A stretch of DNA of 64,000 nucleotides from Rhina ancylostomus (taxonomy: Eukaryota), in assembly GCA_030265395.1 (NCBI GenBank), contig JARFYF010000022.1, forward strand, positions 31,180,917-31,244,916. The letters run 5' to 3'. Shown in pieces: positions 10,837-24,388 of the stretch (position 1 is its first letter; each line of letters starts with the position of its first letter). A program made the translations under genes and the position numbers. The notes beneath the pieces were generated by a model, which was given only the letters and a program-made list of their open reading frames with translations, was not told the DNA's origin and did no database searches.

Positions 10837-12072
10837 CTATAAGAGAAAAGATACATTGAACATGTTTCTATATTCTGAGATTGTGAGAGCTCCAAGTTAG
10901 CAGTGGAGGAATCTTACAAGATTACATGAATTTTCCCAATAAAGGTACTGCAGTATCAGCTGAAAACCTTCAATCATGTGTGCATAATTTTTTCTCCACA
11001 TTAGTCATTTATGATAATAACTCCCAGTGTGGGGAAGTGATCCCAGTACAGCCATAAGTAGATGTGCATGTTCAGTGTTATTTTGCAAAGCAGAGCAAGA
11101 CAGTCTGTTAGCTTTGTTGCAACTGGCCAGTGCTATGCTCCAGTAGATACCCCAGAGATCATTATTTGATACACGTTTTGAAATTCATGAAACAATAACT
11201 GTCTATTTAGACAATGTCTTTTGGCCAACTAAATAATTAAGATATTCTATAAACAGGGAGAAGGAATAGATAGGGGAATTGCCCAAGGGTGACTTAGAGT
11301 GACAATCCAAAGCTGTCCAGATGGAAGGGAATGGAACGCAACCCAAACTGTGGGATGTGTAATTAATATGTTCACATGGCTGGGTCAGTCTATACAGGTG
11401 CCTGCACTCTCCAACGTCTCTCTGGCCCTGGCCAAGAACTTAACTCGCCTCAAAAACAGAGAAGCACAAACTGATTTTTGAGTTGGTCTAAAAGCATTCT
11501 AACTCTTCACAGTGGAAAGGTCACAAAAGAGCTCCAGGGCTGAATGTTTCCTTAAGTAGACGAGCGAATATCACTACAAACTGGAGCTAGTAAGATTTCT
11601 TAAGGATGTAAAGCAACTGTTCTGTAATCTTTGATTTGGGAAAGAGTTGTTTGAACCACCAAGTGGTATTTGAAGCATATGGAAAAATGATTGGTATCAG
11701 TGATTATGAGGCAGTGGGATCAGAAAATCCCAATTGGTTTACTAACATTACAAAGGGAAGGAAAGCCTTTGCTTAATCTTTGGTTAAGTAAGTGCTCCAA
11801 CAAAGAATTACTCGGAAGCTAATATTTTCATCCCCATTGCACACTGGCATTGGCACACTGACAGGAGCTGCTGATCTTCATCTGTTTACAATGAGGGAAG
11901 ATATTCACAAGCTTTTGTGTCGGTCACTTGTCTCAATTAAGTGAAATTCTCCTCGCGCAGATTCACCCAAGATTCTGTATTTCTTCCTTTCAGAAATAGC
12001 ATTGCGATTACTGTTCTTCCAGCTTTAAGCACTTGCTCATAGGTCAAAAGGTAAACTTTCTAAAGGGGTTCA

Positions 12073-12258
<186 letters not shown>

Positions 12259-12556
12259 CTACAATTAAAATATTAATTTTAAAAAATCAAGCAAAATATT
12301 AAGTGTTTCATCATTAAAAACTTGGCTAAAATTATACAGCAAATGTTTACTATGATACTACACAGAGGTGTAGAGAAGGTGAAAAAGGAAGAAGGACCAA
12401 AGCAGGTAAGTGAAGGGTGAGAGAACAAATGAGAAAGGCTGAACTCCAATTTTAATTTGGTTACACTTAAGGGACACAGAAGCTAAAGTTCATGGTTGTA
12501 CATAAATCAAGGAAATGGGTCAGGGAGCCATAGCTTTGAGTGTAATTGTCACTTAC

Positions 12557-12666
12557 CAAGTCTCGTATGTGCATTACCATGATGAATAGTGTGCTGTTCC
12601 TGTATGAAATGGACAGTTTAACTTCTCCACCTACTTGACCCGAATTGGCTGATGGTGGAACTATTT
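12557..12666 (-). CDS. PIK3C2A: PIK3C2A exon (C-terminal C2): [36 protein letters not shown]
   Basis: tgcacag|AA ... TTG|gtaagt; 110 nt, phase 1-0; a second in-frame AG lies 6 nt downstream. Confidence 0.94.
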
Positions 12667-14609
12667 CTGTGCAGATACAAGTTCAAAAAATTTAATTACC
12701 CTTGGGAATTTACATAGTGAAGTAATGAATCATGAAACATTATCAATGGTTTCCACCCCAGACCATTTACTACTTTGACTTTGCTCCACTAAGAATGATA
12801 TTTTTAAATCTCTCTTTCTCAAGAGCCCAAAATGAGCCACACAAACTTGGAAAGCTTCAAATTATCTCAAACATGCTCAGCCTTGGTGGTAGGAGAGCAA
12901 AAACAGTGCTGCATCCTGGGGAAGTGTTGAGTGTGAAAGGATGTGCAAGAGAAAGATAGGGAAAAAGTCAGCTACAGGTCCTGCTCCTGATCACTTGAGT
13001 AACCTACCCCAGATCGTGCTTGTGACAATATTGCTTAACTCTGGGACATGATCAGCTATATTGCACATGGAAAAAGGAAACTGTGAACACCTTACTGTTT
13101 GGATAGACGGAGTTAATACATTTAACAAAGTGCAGTTGAACTCTCAGTGATTATTAAATGGTCAATTCAATGCTCAGCGTGGAAATCAGGACCTGGGTAA
13201 TGAAGGAATTAATAGGTTAGGCCCAAAAATAAAAAATCTGGAAAAATGTCACAATTCTATATCTAATTTCCATTTCTGCTCTCTTTCACTGCATTTCTCT
13301 AAACAACAATATAGCTTATGGGAAAGTATCTTTCCGGTTGCTATTTAATACTAGTTAGCAAGTTCTATTTAAGCTCTGTGGTTACCAGCTCTCGAGTTTG
13401 AAGTGGAGATGACAGGATAAAGAGTTGGGCCAGGATGTCAAACAGAGACTTAAGACTATGTTGGGTTTTAAAAGAAATAGGTTGCCCTAATGCTCACATT
13501 ACGGATGTCCTCTCAGCTGCTCAGCATACAGCATGTTGTCTTCCTGTCTGTACAAATTAAAAATAGTCAGGACTTCCGTTAGGGGAAAAAAAGAACGTGG
13601 AGAAAGTTTCCCTTAAAGGCAAACAACTTTCCCTTAAATAAAATGTTTCACATTTTGCTTTACTCTCTCCAGAGTGTAAGAGCACTGTGCCTAAGTACTA
13701 TATAATATAGTTCTATAATAGTATTTAATAAACATAATTCTGCTGCAGTTATTTTTCTCCCTTTGGCCTGCAGGTTTCTGATGATAGATAAAAAAATAAA
13801 ATCAGAGGGAATAACATTCAAGTCTGGAAGCCTGTTCATGAACTGAGCAATGCCTGGGTGGGAGTAGAGGTGGTGGTTTAGGAATTTTCAGTCAATTCTA
13901 AGGCTCCATTGCAGATTGCTCATATGCCAAGTGAAGCACGATTCATCAAAAATTTTGTAGTGCACAATTAATAATGATGCCAACCACCAATCAAGTTTGG
14001 TCACAAGATTACAAAATTGAATCTTGGCAATTTAGCCACAGACAGTCCTAATTATTGTCGGATTTATTGGCCTACACTTTCATGTCTGTCATGCAATGGG
14101 GTCTTTGAAAATCCAATTTCCTTATTTAGGACAAAAAGCTGCTCAAAATCAGAATATCCCAGAGCAAACTGTAAAACTAAATAATTGTGATCTAACAATG
14201 CTGGTTAAGGTTTTCACAATCAAAAGCTTGATGAAGCAGCCACATTACTAAGAATACAGCTGACTGTTGCAATTTCTGGACATAAAGAAAAAACTTAAGA
14301 AGCGAGACTGATATCAACCTGAACAACTAAATCAGGATTGGTGGCTTGGTCAGAAGTTTCACTTACAAGAAACTTGCACATCTGCACCTTTTCATACAAA
14401 TCTAGATTGCAATTTGGATTTCGCAAAGCATCAAGTTGTTTCACAGGTTGCAACACATTAGTGGATATGGTAACAAGTATGGATTTTTTAAAAAAAAACA
14501 CGCCTCAACAAGTTGATAAATACTGCATTCACAAGATGAATATATGCCACTATCACAAGTAAACTGCAAAATGATACATGCCAGCCAAACAAAATTTCAT
14601 TTGCAATAC

Positions 14610-14691
14610 CTGCAGGCTTGACTATTCCATCTATTCCTTCAGCCTTTTCATCCCGGCCTAGTGGGTGGAAAAAGGTGTAGACGAGATCACA
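14610..14691 (-). CDS. PIK3C2A: PIK3C2A exon: CDLVYTFFHPLGRDEKAEGIDGIVKPA(E)
   Basis: tttcag|TGT ... G|gtattg; 82 nt, phase 0-1. Confidence 0.94.
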
Positions 14692-14976
14692 CTGAAAATT
14701 AACAACAACAACAAAAGTTTTTATTGTTTACTTTGATAGCTTTTTCAAGTATATAGTTCAGAACAAAAGTGCATGTGGCCATTTTAGGAGCAAGGTAGTG
14801 CATGGGGTGAAAAAACACCATTCCTGATGTGTTTCTTTTAAACCAGGCCAGTCATGGCGAGAGGACCATACATCCTGGTCAGTGTGCATCCAAGAATGGA
14901 GAAAACAGAATGTGTCCAGGCAGGTGTTGGGTTTCGAAGAGTCTTAATTTTGATTCCAATTCCACTCAGCACTTAC

Positions 14977-15094
14977 CTCAGCTACTTCAGTCGAGCTATT
15001 CATCAGACATTGCACATAATTGTTCAGCTCCACCTTCCGCTTGGAGGCCACATCCTTAATGTGAGTTCGGCCGAGGACCACTTTGTTGGGGAAG
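14977..15094 (-). CDS. PIK3C2A: PIK3C2A exon (PX): [39 protein letters not shown]
   Basis: ttccag|C ... GAG|gtaagt; 118 nt, phase 2-0. Confidence 0.97.
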
Positions 15095-15179
15095 CTGGAA
15101 AAACAATAGCTTTTGTCTAAATTGCCGTAAACAAAAAGTTCATAACTTGAAGTATTTCTTATGTGTATTCAACACCCAC

Positions 15180-15304
15180 CCTGGAAGCTTCCACAGTGGA
15201 AAGAGGATGCCTAGTTTGTTGTGGAGCTCTTGGAATTCATCAAACGTTCTGAAGATGAACATTGGTGCAATCTGTCCTTCCCGCAATATTCTCACCACAT
15301 ATAT
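15180..15304 (-). CDS. PIK3C2A: PIK3C2A exon (PX): [41 protein letters not shown](G)
   Basis: tgcacag|ATA ... GG|gtgggt; 125 nt, phase 0-2; followed by an 85-nt intron. Confidence 0.97.
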
Positions 15305-17058
15305 CTGTGCAGTAAGAGTGACAGCCATTAAGACATCTCTTGCCTGAGCTACCATAAACTTTATTGTCAAANNNNNNNNNNNNNNNNNNNNNNNNNNNNN
15401 NNNNNNNNNNNNNNNNNNNNNNNNNNNNNNNNNNNNNNNNNNNNNNNNNNNNNNNNNNNNNNNNNNNNNNNATTGTCAAAAAGCATCTAGAATGCAGACA
15501 TAGAGGTTCTGGCCAAACAAGAATTCCTTGTTAACCAAGTTAATGAAGACAACAGTAGGTGTAAACCTAAATCAAACCTAATCATCCCTTAAATCAACAT
15601 CCACACAATTGCAATTCTTCTGGCAAGTCACTCAAAAGCAAGAGGGAAGCTCAAGTTCATGTCAATCTTCTTTCTTTGACTGGAGAAATTTATAGTAGTT
15701 CAGATGCTGGCAGTTTCAGCACTCTCCAATTAGCTCAGCACAACTAAGGGGTTTTATTTTAGCATCTTCTTTTGTATGTGGTTCAATGCAACATCACATG
15801 ATGCAGTTTTGCAAGAAGAATCCAACTGGAATTCTGAGAGCTTCTTTCATTTAAAATAATAGGGCATAATATTTCTTGCATTTTGAATATAACCTGCAGT
15901 GAGGCATTGCGCTAAATTTCTTTAAAAATAACCATGATTTTAATAATATAAATAATATATGCTTTGATGAGGTAACTGACACACTAAGTCTACTGACAAA
16001 CAGAACCCCAACCTTCAATATATCAGTGCTGCATGGAAGCTATTCCCAAGTTAAACTCATTGTTTGATATCCAGATATGGCTTTTTGTCTGCTTCCCCTC
16101 AATCTTCAGAACTTTAATCTTGAGATTATATTTAAAGCAAATGCATTAATTATTAAAGGCATTAATTACTATCACAATATCATTGAAATTTGGGAGTGAG
16201 GGAGGTTGTAGGGTGAGGTCAGTGACTGCTGAAAGTGGAGGATGAGTATCTAACTTTGTAAGTCGGAAAACGTAGAGGCATTGTGGAGTTGATCTCAGGC
16301 TTTGCTGAATCTTGGTGGCCAGTCATGACGTTCACTTCTGACTCAATACTTCATTGGCAGCCCTGGTGATTTGTGCAGCAAGTTCTTTCTTAGTAACTTC
16401 AGAACAGGATTTTCTTGCTCACCAAAATGGGACAAATTCTCTCATTGGAGTTGAAAGCAAGGTCATTTTGGGAGTCGACTCTGGAATATATACCCCTCCA
16501 AATATTCTTAACTGAGAACCGAAACTTCAACAAATGAAGAAATGCTTCATGAGTAGCCTCTTTTGGCCAGGATATTATTCATTCTGTGGTCTTTAAGCAA
16601 AGGAATAATTACAAAAGGAATTGGTCTTCAACTACTTTTATACTGGCTGCAAAACATCGTTCTAGTGGAAATGATCCTGTTGTTGGAAAGCTTATTGTCG
16701 TGTTATGGTCCTCAGCCAACTATATAACATTTTTCCCCCATCCCCTTTTCAGTGCAATCACTTCCAACTGGTTGTGCAGCCCAAAGCAATCCTCCATCTC
16801 CACAAGGAAAGCGTTTCCTTTTCCTGATGCTCCCAATACTGCCTCACATCAGGAAATGTATGGGGAAATCACAGGCACATCCCCTTCCTTCCATCACTCT
16901 CGTCTAGAACCTGCACTTAAGATAAAACATGACAACATTTTGTCTTCGCAGAACTGAATGATAGAAGTGGATTGACTGCAACTTGGACTAGCACGAGTGT
17001 TAGGCACTCGTGTGCATTTGTGGAATCTGTAGTGTCAGAGAAGCTGCCTTTTACTTAC

Positions 17059-17266
17059 ATAGTATTTGTCAGGGTTGTACCTCTTCTGGTAGGTGTAAAC
17101 GGTCACTTCTTTGATTCGCCCATCTTGTTTGAGAGAATACGTTTTTGGAGAGAACGAGAGGATGGCTTGCTCATTGGATGGTAACCCTGAAAACCGCAAC
17201 TGTGCCAAGTTGTGAATGAGGAAGTTAAACTTGGTGGCCATACTGCCCAAACTGGATTCTATCAAC
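17059..17266 (-). CDS. PIK3C2A: PIK3C2A exon (end of kinase, start of PX): [27 protein letters not shown]...[11 protein letters not shown]
   Basis: ttcag|G ... TAT|gtaagt; 208 nt, phase 2-0. Confidence 0.97.
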
Positions 17267-17535
17267 CTGAAGGGAAATAGGATTTTAAAGAGAAAAAAAA
17301 AGTTATGTTGCATCTATTTCAGTTTCTTAGCATAGTTGGGCAAATCTTTGGTGCTCAGTGTACTGAGAGGTTATTCAATATGAGCTGAATACCACAATTT
17401 CAGGAAGTGATCTGCTGGAGGATTACTCCTGCAAGTACAAAGTTAGTACTTTACCATGGGGGAGGACACCTTCCTTATATGGTCATTTCACCCTTCTTTT
17501 GCTTTAATTTGGAGAGTGTGTTTAGTTCACTTTAC

Positions 17536-17645
17536 CTGGTGAAAAAGATGGTGGCTTCGGCATCAGTGGTCTGGGGCTGCAGTGCATCTTGGACATATTT
17601 CAGATCCTGTACGTTGGTGAGCTCAGGTAATCCAGAAGACAGCAT
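17536..17645 (-). CDS. PIK3C2A: PIK3C2A exon: [36 protein letters not shown](R)
   Basis: ttcccag|ATG ... AG|gtaaag; 110 nt, phase 0-2. Confidence 0.97.
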
Positions 17646-18193
17646 CTGGGAAACAAAAAAAAAATCACAATTAAAACATGATAAACGCTAGTGGAAATGC
17701 TCACTGTATCATGTATCAGTCACTAGGTCATCAACATGGAAGTGGTCAATTTAAAGTATGAAATCATTGAAGCACAACAAAACCTAATAGAAAAGGGGAC
17801 TGTGCAGCAATATGTCAATACAGAAAAGTAAATTAGATATACATTTTAAGTTTTTAAAAAGTAAAATTTTACTGCTTTTCTTAAGATAATTTCCAGTTAC
17901 CACAGTAGCATCATAATACAGAATAAAGAACTTTAAAGGTTGCATCAACTTCTGCAGATATCCAAAAGGTGGCTGCAGTGCTTGATACTTTAACCTTCCC
18001 ATTTCTGGCCAAGTCCCAAGGAATGAGACTTGTGTGCATTGACGTTCAACCTGCAACCAAAGCACGAACTAGTTGCTGAAGACTCTACGCTCGTCCAGCA
18101 TCTTGTTTCATTTGTTGAACTTGAGATGGCTGCTCTGTTTTACCCAAGTGTTGCCCAAATATTGACTCTGGGACAAATCAGAGTATGCATTAC

Positions 18194-18350
18194 CAGTGAG
18201 AGGAGATTCAGGAAGTGGTTGGCATGCTTGCGGATGAGATTATACGACTGACAGCACAAATCCACAAACAACTGGAATCGGCTGGTTGGCTTCTCCCCAC
18301 CATTAATTACATAAGCCATATCAGAGGTCAGTACGAAAGGAGCTCGATCT
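18194..18350 (-). CDS. PIK3C2A: PIK3C2A exon: [52 protein letters not shown]
   Basis: ttcag|A ... CTG|gtaatg; 157 nt, phase 2-0. Confidence 0.97.
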
Positions 18351-18779
18351 CTGAAGGAAAAAGAAGACTGTGTTCAATTCACAAATTACTACGTTTGTTG
18401 TATTTTTTCCACTGGTGTTGCATTGTATAATACAACAACAATATACAACAAGCAAGATTATGCTTTAATCTTGACACATACCAACAGTAATCACTGCTGC
18501 TGATCAGGACCAGGAATCTAGTTAACTTGTTCCCTTATCCACTTTCATTTGGTTGGAAACAACACATTGTATGAGCTTCTTCAGCTAACTCAGCCCAAAC
18601 CACAGATCTAGCTGCAGATTTTACTCCAAGACAACAGTTTGAATACAAAACAAGCAGCCACTCTGTGTCAGCAAAATTCCTACCGCTTAAAAAAAAATTT
18701 AAGGAACCAATACTAAAAATTTAAAACAAAAGATTCAACGTTAACCACATGATTGCTTTATTTGCATTATCAAAACAAA

Positions 18780-19260
18780 ATTGATGCTAAGTCAAATAAG
18801 ATGACTCAAAGCTCGATCAGAGAAGGCAGAAAGAGAGTCAGGTTGAGAATCTGGTCAGGAAATTCCCCAATATCTGGGCCAGAAAGTTCAAAGCAGGCCC
18901 ATCGGTGGGGGTGCCATTAAATTTAGAGATGATCAAGGAGGCAAAATTGGAGGAAATGTCAAGGAGGTTATGGGGCCAGAGACAATTGCAAAGATGGAGG
19001 ATAAACCACAGAGAAGAGCATGTAACAAACAATATTCCTTTGTCTGGTACTGTGATGTGAGTTGATGGGTAGATGTTGCAATTATGATTTGACAACAGTT
19101 TTGGATGACTTCAATTTTTTTTTTACAAAGAGTAGAAGGGAAAACAGCTAGGAGTGCACGGAAATAGTCAAGACTACAGATACTGGGAAAGGATGGTGGG
19201 GTAAAGGAACCATGGGTTGACAAGAGAGGTGAAACATATAGACAAGAGGAAGAAGGAAGC
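18780..19260 (-). mobile_element. Probable old L2-type LINE fragment
   Basis: Purine-rich degenerate plus-strand pattern typical of antisense L2 3' regions; no intact ORF. Confidence 0.35.
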
Positions 19261-19263
19261 ATA

Positions 19264-21198
19264 CTTAAGGATTAGGAAGCAAAAATCAGGCAGGGCTCTT
19301 GGAGAATTACACAGTAGCTAGGAAGGAGCTCAAGAAGGGACTTAGGAGAGCTAGAAGGGGACATGAGAAGGCCTTGGTGTGTAGAGTTAGGGAAAACCCC
19401 AAGGCGTTCTACACATACATGAAGAACAGGAGGATGACTAGAGTGAGGGTAGGACATCTGAGGAATAAAGGGGGCAAACATGTGCCTTGAGGCAGAGGAG
19501 GTAGGGGAGGTCCTGAATGAATACTTTGCTTCAGTGTTCACTAGGGAGAGGGACTATGATGAATGTGAGGTTGGCGTAGAACAGGCTAATGTGCTGGAGC
19601 TTGTTGAAGTTAAGAAAGAGGTAGCGTTGGAGCTTCTGAAAAACATTAGGATAGATAAGTACCCAGGGCCAGACGTGATATATCCCAAATTACTACGGGA
19701 AGTGAGGGAAGAGTTCGCTGGGGGGGTTGACAATGATATTTGTGTTCTCCCTGGCCATAGGAGTGATACTGGAGGATTGCAAATGTTGTCCACGTTCAAG
19801 AAAGGTAACAGGGATAATCTTGGGAATTGAAGACGAGCGAGTCTTACGTCAGTGGTAGGCAAGTTATTGGAGGGGATTCTTAGGGACAGGATTTACAAGC
19901 ATTTGGAGAAACAAAGTCTTATCAGCAGGGCTTTGAGAGGGGCAGGTCATGCCTCACAAAATTGAGTTTTTCGAGGAGGTGACAAAACAAATTGATGAAG
20001 GTAGAGTGATGGATGTGCTGTATATGGAGTTTACTAAAGTGTTTGACAAGGTTCCCCATGGTAGGCCCATGCAGAAAGTCATGAGACATGGGATCCATGG
20101 AGAGTTGGCTGCGTGGATTTGGAATTGGTTTGCCCGCAGAAGGCAGAGGGTGGTAGCAGATGGAGAGAATTCTGCCTGGAGGACGGTAACTTGTGGTGTT
20201 CCGCAGGGATCTGTTCTGGGACCCCTGCTCTTTATGATTTTTATAGATGACTTGGTTGAGGAAGTGGAAGGGTGGGTCAGTAAGTTTGTAGATGACATGA
20301 AGGTTGGAGGTGTTGTGAGTAGTGTAGAAGGTTGTTGCAGGTTACAATGGGATATATACAGGATGTAGAGTTGGGTGGAGAAATGGCAGATGGAGTTCAA
20401 TCTGGAAAAGTGTGAAGTTATACATTTTGGAAGAATGGACTTGAAGGTGGAGTACAAGGTTAATGGCAGGGTTCTTAGCAGTGTGGAGGAACAGAGAGAT
20501 AGTGGGATCCAAGTACATAGATCCCTCAAGGTTGCCGCACAAGTTGATAGGGTGGTTAAGATGGCCTTCATTAACCAGGGGATTGAGATCAAGAGCCGCG
20601 AGGTAAAACTCTGGTTAGGCCACACTTGGAGTATTGTGTTCAGTTCTGGTCACCTCATTATAGTAAGGATGTGGAAGCATGTCGAAGCTTTAGAGACTGT
20701 GTGGAGGAGATTTACCAGAATGCTGCCTGGATTGGAGAGCATGTCTTCTGAGGAAAGGTTGAGTGATTTAGGGCTTCTCTCTTTGGAGTGACGCAGGATG
20801 AGAGGCAGCTTGATAGAGGCGAAGAAGATTATGAGGGGCATAGATAGAGTGGACAGCCAGCACCTTTTCCCCAGGGTGGCAATGGCCAATGTGAGAGGTC
20901 ATTAGTTTAAGGTGAGCAGAAGAAAGTTTAGGGGAAATGTCAGAGGTAGGTGTTTTTCTTTTAAATACACAGAGCATGGTTGGTGCCTGGAATACACGGC
21001 TGGGGGTAGTGGTAGGGATTGATACAATAGGGAAACTTATAAGACTCTTAGCTAGGCACATGAATGTAAGAAAAAAGGAGGGTTATGGGCTGTGTAGGAG
21101 GGAAGTGTTAGATTGATCAGGGAGTAGGTGTTTACATAGGTCGGCACAACATTGTGGGTTGAAGGGCCAATACTGTGCTGTACTGTTCTATGCTCTAT
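19264..21198 (+). mobile_element. CR1 LINE, 5'-truncated (~1.9 kb), RT and C-terminus with frameshifts and stops
   Basis: ORF fragments 19299-20791 give ENPKAFYTY, PGPDVIYPKLLRE, FTKVFDKVPH, GVPQGSVLGPLLFMIFIDDL, SKFVDD (FADD-like), WQMEFNLEKCEV; ends in a short TGTTCTA-like repeat tail. Confidence 0.93.
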
Positions 21199-21257
21199 AC
21201 CGAACAGACAAAGAAAAATCCAGACTGGAGTTAAGAATAACATTAAGAGGAAATTTA

Positions 21258-21443
<186 letters not shown>

Positions 21444-21559
21444 TTAAAATACAATTTTTGGAATCTTGCAAATATAGGCATTGAATAATTCTCTAAATTT
21501 AAAATATAATCCAGGTCTTCCCAACAAAACTGCTGGAGTATTTATGCAGTGAAAATGCT

Positions 21560-21760
21560 CGAAAACCAAAATAATTGCAGATACTGGGGATCAGAAATAA
21601 GAAACAGAAAATACTGGAAATAGCAGCTCAGCCAATAGCTGTGGAAAAAGGAGTTAATGCTTCAGATTGATAAGGCTTCTTTTGAAGGAGGATTTGAAGA
21701 AGGGTCATTGACCTAAAATGTTATTTCACTTTCCTCAGATCTTTCCACAGATTTGAGTAC
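21560..21760. mobile_element. Penelope-terminus-derived inverted-repeat element
   Basis: gcagatactgggg...aaatactggaaatagcagctcag ... ttgaagaagggtcattgacctaaaatgtta ... ttccacagat. Confidence 0.45.
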
Positions 21761-22049
21761 TCATGGCAAGGCTAGAATCCACTCAACCATACTCCATGCC
21801 AAAATAACACATTTTTCCCCTGCTAATTATTATGATTTCACTTGAAATGAATTTTAGTAATCTCAACCTTGCTGCTCATGATTTCCGACAAGAGCAGAGA
21901 GTGAAAACAAGTAAAAACAAATATCAAGTTTCACCAACCATTGATCATTTTTGGTTTGAGCAATAATGATAGTGCAAAAGACTTCAAAAATATATCACGG
22001 GGACAGGACTGTCAGAATGCCAGTTTACACTGTCAGATACTCCAAATCT

Positions 22050-22340
22050 GGGAGTGTTCACTTTAGAAGGAGCTAAACATTGCTCTACTACTGAAACTAC
22101 AAGTGCTGTTATACAGATCCAAAGTTAAATTGAGATGTCATCTGTTAAAACTGTCATTTTTCAAACAAAAGATGGAACTTTACTTTCAAACAATGTCACC
22201 CGAAACAGATGAATCAGTCACTAACTGCAACTGCAGCTTGAAGAACTTGCCATGATAAAAATCACTGCTGCCTTTGCTAACGTCTGCTGAAGTCATTAGA
22301 TTTCAAAATAAGTGATTGTATTTGAAGCAACTTCTCCAAG
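22050..22340 (+). mobile_element. Possible ancient DeuSINE (SacSINE1/AmnSINE1-like) remnant
   Basis: aaacagatgaatcagtcactaactgcaactgcagcttgaagaacttgccatgataaaaatcactgctgcctttgc...ttcaaaataagtgattg resembles the Deu-domain by eye; highly diverged. Confidence 0.35.
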
Positions 22341-22459
22341 AAAATATTTGGAACAAACAGCCCCAATCTGAAGAGTGATACCAAGTGAGATGGTCCCACT
22401 CCTGCAAGATGAACATGCCATTGTTGTTTGGGTACCGCCACTCAGCCCCAACGTACCCG

Positions 22460-22745
22460 TTGAGTGAATGAGTGAGCATTAGGGAGTGCGTATGAGTGTT
22501 CACACAGGAATGCAAGCGAGTCAATGGGTGAATGAGAAACGAAGAAGTCTCTGAACTGTGCGCACCTCTGTGTGTGATTGAATGAGTGTGTATGTGTGTG
22601 CGCGAGCACGCGCAGTGAATGAATAAATGTGAGATTGACAGTATGGATTTAAATGCAAAAACATACAAGTGACTGTGCATGTGTGTGCGCAGAATGTGTG
22701 TTTTTGTGTGCCCATACATACATGTACATAACAAGCCTGTGCAGC
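22460..22745 (+). repeat. Degenerate TG/TGAA-rich low-complexity tract
   Basis: Runs such as tgagtgaatgagtgag, tgtgtgtgattgaatgagtgtgtatgtgtgtgcgcg. Confidence 0.7.
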
Positions 22746-22986
22746 AAAGCCTGGTCTCCAATCGTTTTGGACCTTGTCACCATTGGACCAGGACCCTACT
22801 TGATTCAAGTCCATGTGATAACTGGTTTGCCACATTACAAGATTTGGCTCTTCAGAACTAGAGCAGAAGTCATTCATCCTCAACTATGATCATTCTGAGC
22901 ACTATACAAATCTGAAAAAAATATACCAGGTGGAAACCCCCCCCCACACCCAGCAGGCAGCACCACACCAGCNNNNNNNNNNTCAC

Positions 22987-23123
22987 CTTCTCATATTCTT
23001 CTTCTGTGGGATTGTATTTCCGAAGCCACTCAGCTAGTGGTTTATCCTTAAAGGAGCCAGTTACTCCATACTCAACCTGGATTTTTCTAAGAGTTTCTGA
23101 AGCTGGTACAAGTTCAACCATAC
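22987..23123 (-). CDS. PIK3C2A: PIK3C2A exon (kinase hinge): [45 protein letters not shown]
   Basis: ctttag|GT ... AAG|gtga (followed by a 10-N gap); 137 nt, phase 1-0. Confidence 0.96.
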
Positions 23124-23785
23124 CTAAAGAGAGGGGAATGAAGTCTCATTGAGAAACAATCCTTCAACACAGCACATTTTAATCCTCCCATTAATTCTAT
23201 CCTGCCATGAATGGAATTATAAACATTTCAGATTGCATTTGTACCTCCTTGGCTGCTAAGTTATTCAGAATGTTTCAAACTAACATTTGATTTTGTTCCA
23301 GTATCTGTTTAAACATTTAACTTTTGTCACCATCCACTATCATCTTATAATTGCAATATCATCTTAAATATTTACAGACATCAGCAAGTTTCTACAAAAC
23401 TATTTGGAGTTTAAGAAAAATTAGCATCAGGTGGCCTTTGTGTTGGTGGCATGTGGGAGCAGTGGGAATGTGAAAGAAGCAAGCCCAACCAAATTTCTGC
23501 AAGTAGATTGGTGAGCACCAGATTGCCACTGAAATTAACAGAGATTTTGTAGCAGGACTTACATTCAAGATGTGCAGTTTGTTTTTATTTTTTTGCCATG
23601 TTTATTTTACCAGAATTTAAATTTGGACAAAATTCTTTTTCTTGTACGACTGTGCTGGGGAAAATGTTTACACATGATCGCAGTTGCAATGAAGTGCAAA
23701 GAAACTGGGTTTAAGTTTTAAACAATTTGTTACAAAAATGTGCAGTCTTACGAAAGACAAGCACACATTCCCAAATATAACATAC

Positions 23786-23915
23786 CTCTATCCTTTCCTG
23801 TGGAGATGCATTTGAAAATCACCATGCGCAAGTCCAATCCCTCCTGAAGCCAGATTTTGTCCATAATCTTGATCATCTGGAGTGCCAGCATGTCTTGTCG
23901 CAAATCTTCCCCAAT
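23786..23915 (-). CDS. PIK3C2A: PIK3C2A exon (kinase): [43 protein letters not shown](G)
   Basis: aacacag|ATT ... G|gtatgt; 130 nt, phase 0-1. Confidence 0.97.
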
Positions 23916-24388
23916 CTGTGTTCAAGCAGGAACATTACTGTACAAGCCTATAAACGAGCATTTGTCAATCACTGTCAAACTTGTAGTTAAAGATGCCATG
24001 AACTAACTGGAAAGCTGGTTGTGACAATGACACATAAAACTTGATTACTATTTCTATGGTAAAAATAGTGCAAATGTACAAATCTAAAAATATTCATATT
24101 GTTTTCATTCCAATTATCTAACAGTGGTAAACTTGAAAAGCCATTTCTTCTGCAAATGGACTAAAGACTGGAAGGTTATAAAGGTATATCAGTAACGAAG
24201 ACACAGGCTCCAATGATCTTAGCATTTAAAATGTGGAAGCAAATCATGACCTTGATAAGTAAAGGGTGGAACTGCAAACACAGTGATCTATTTGCTTCAG
24301 CTGACTTGGCAGGCTAGAACACAATTTCTTGACTTCTTGCCACTCATAATTTTAACAAGATTAAGTTTGACTGCAAATGTCAACATAC

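Noticed and set aside
19954-20625. 223-aa minus-strand ORF, the longest in the track
   Set aside because: Antisense frame of the CR1 reverse transcriptase; a common artefact.
22425-22470. Possible pseudoknot (GGGTAC/GTACCC with CACTCA/TGAGTG)
   Set aside because: Stems are only 6 bp, the connecting loop is too short for an H-type fold, and one arm lies in low-complexity sequence.
22303-22883. His/Thr-rich ORFs
   Set aside because: Translation of the TG/CA low-complexity tract.
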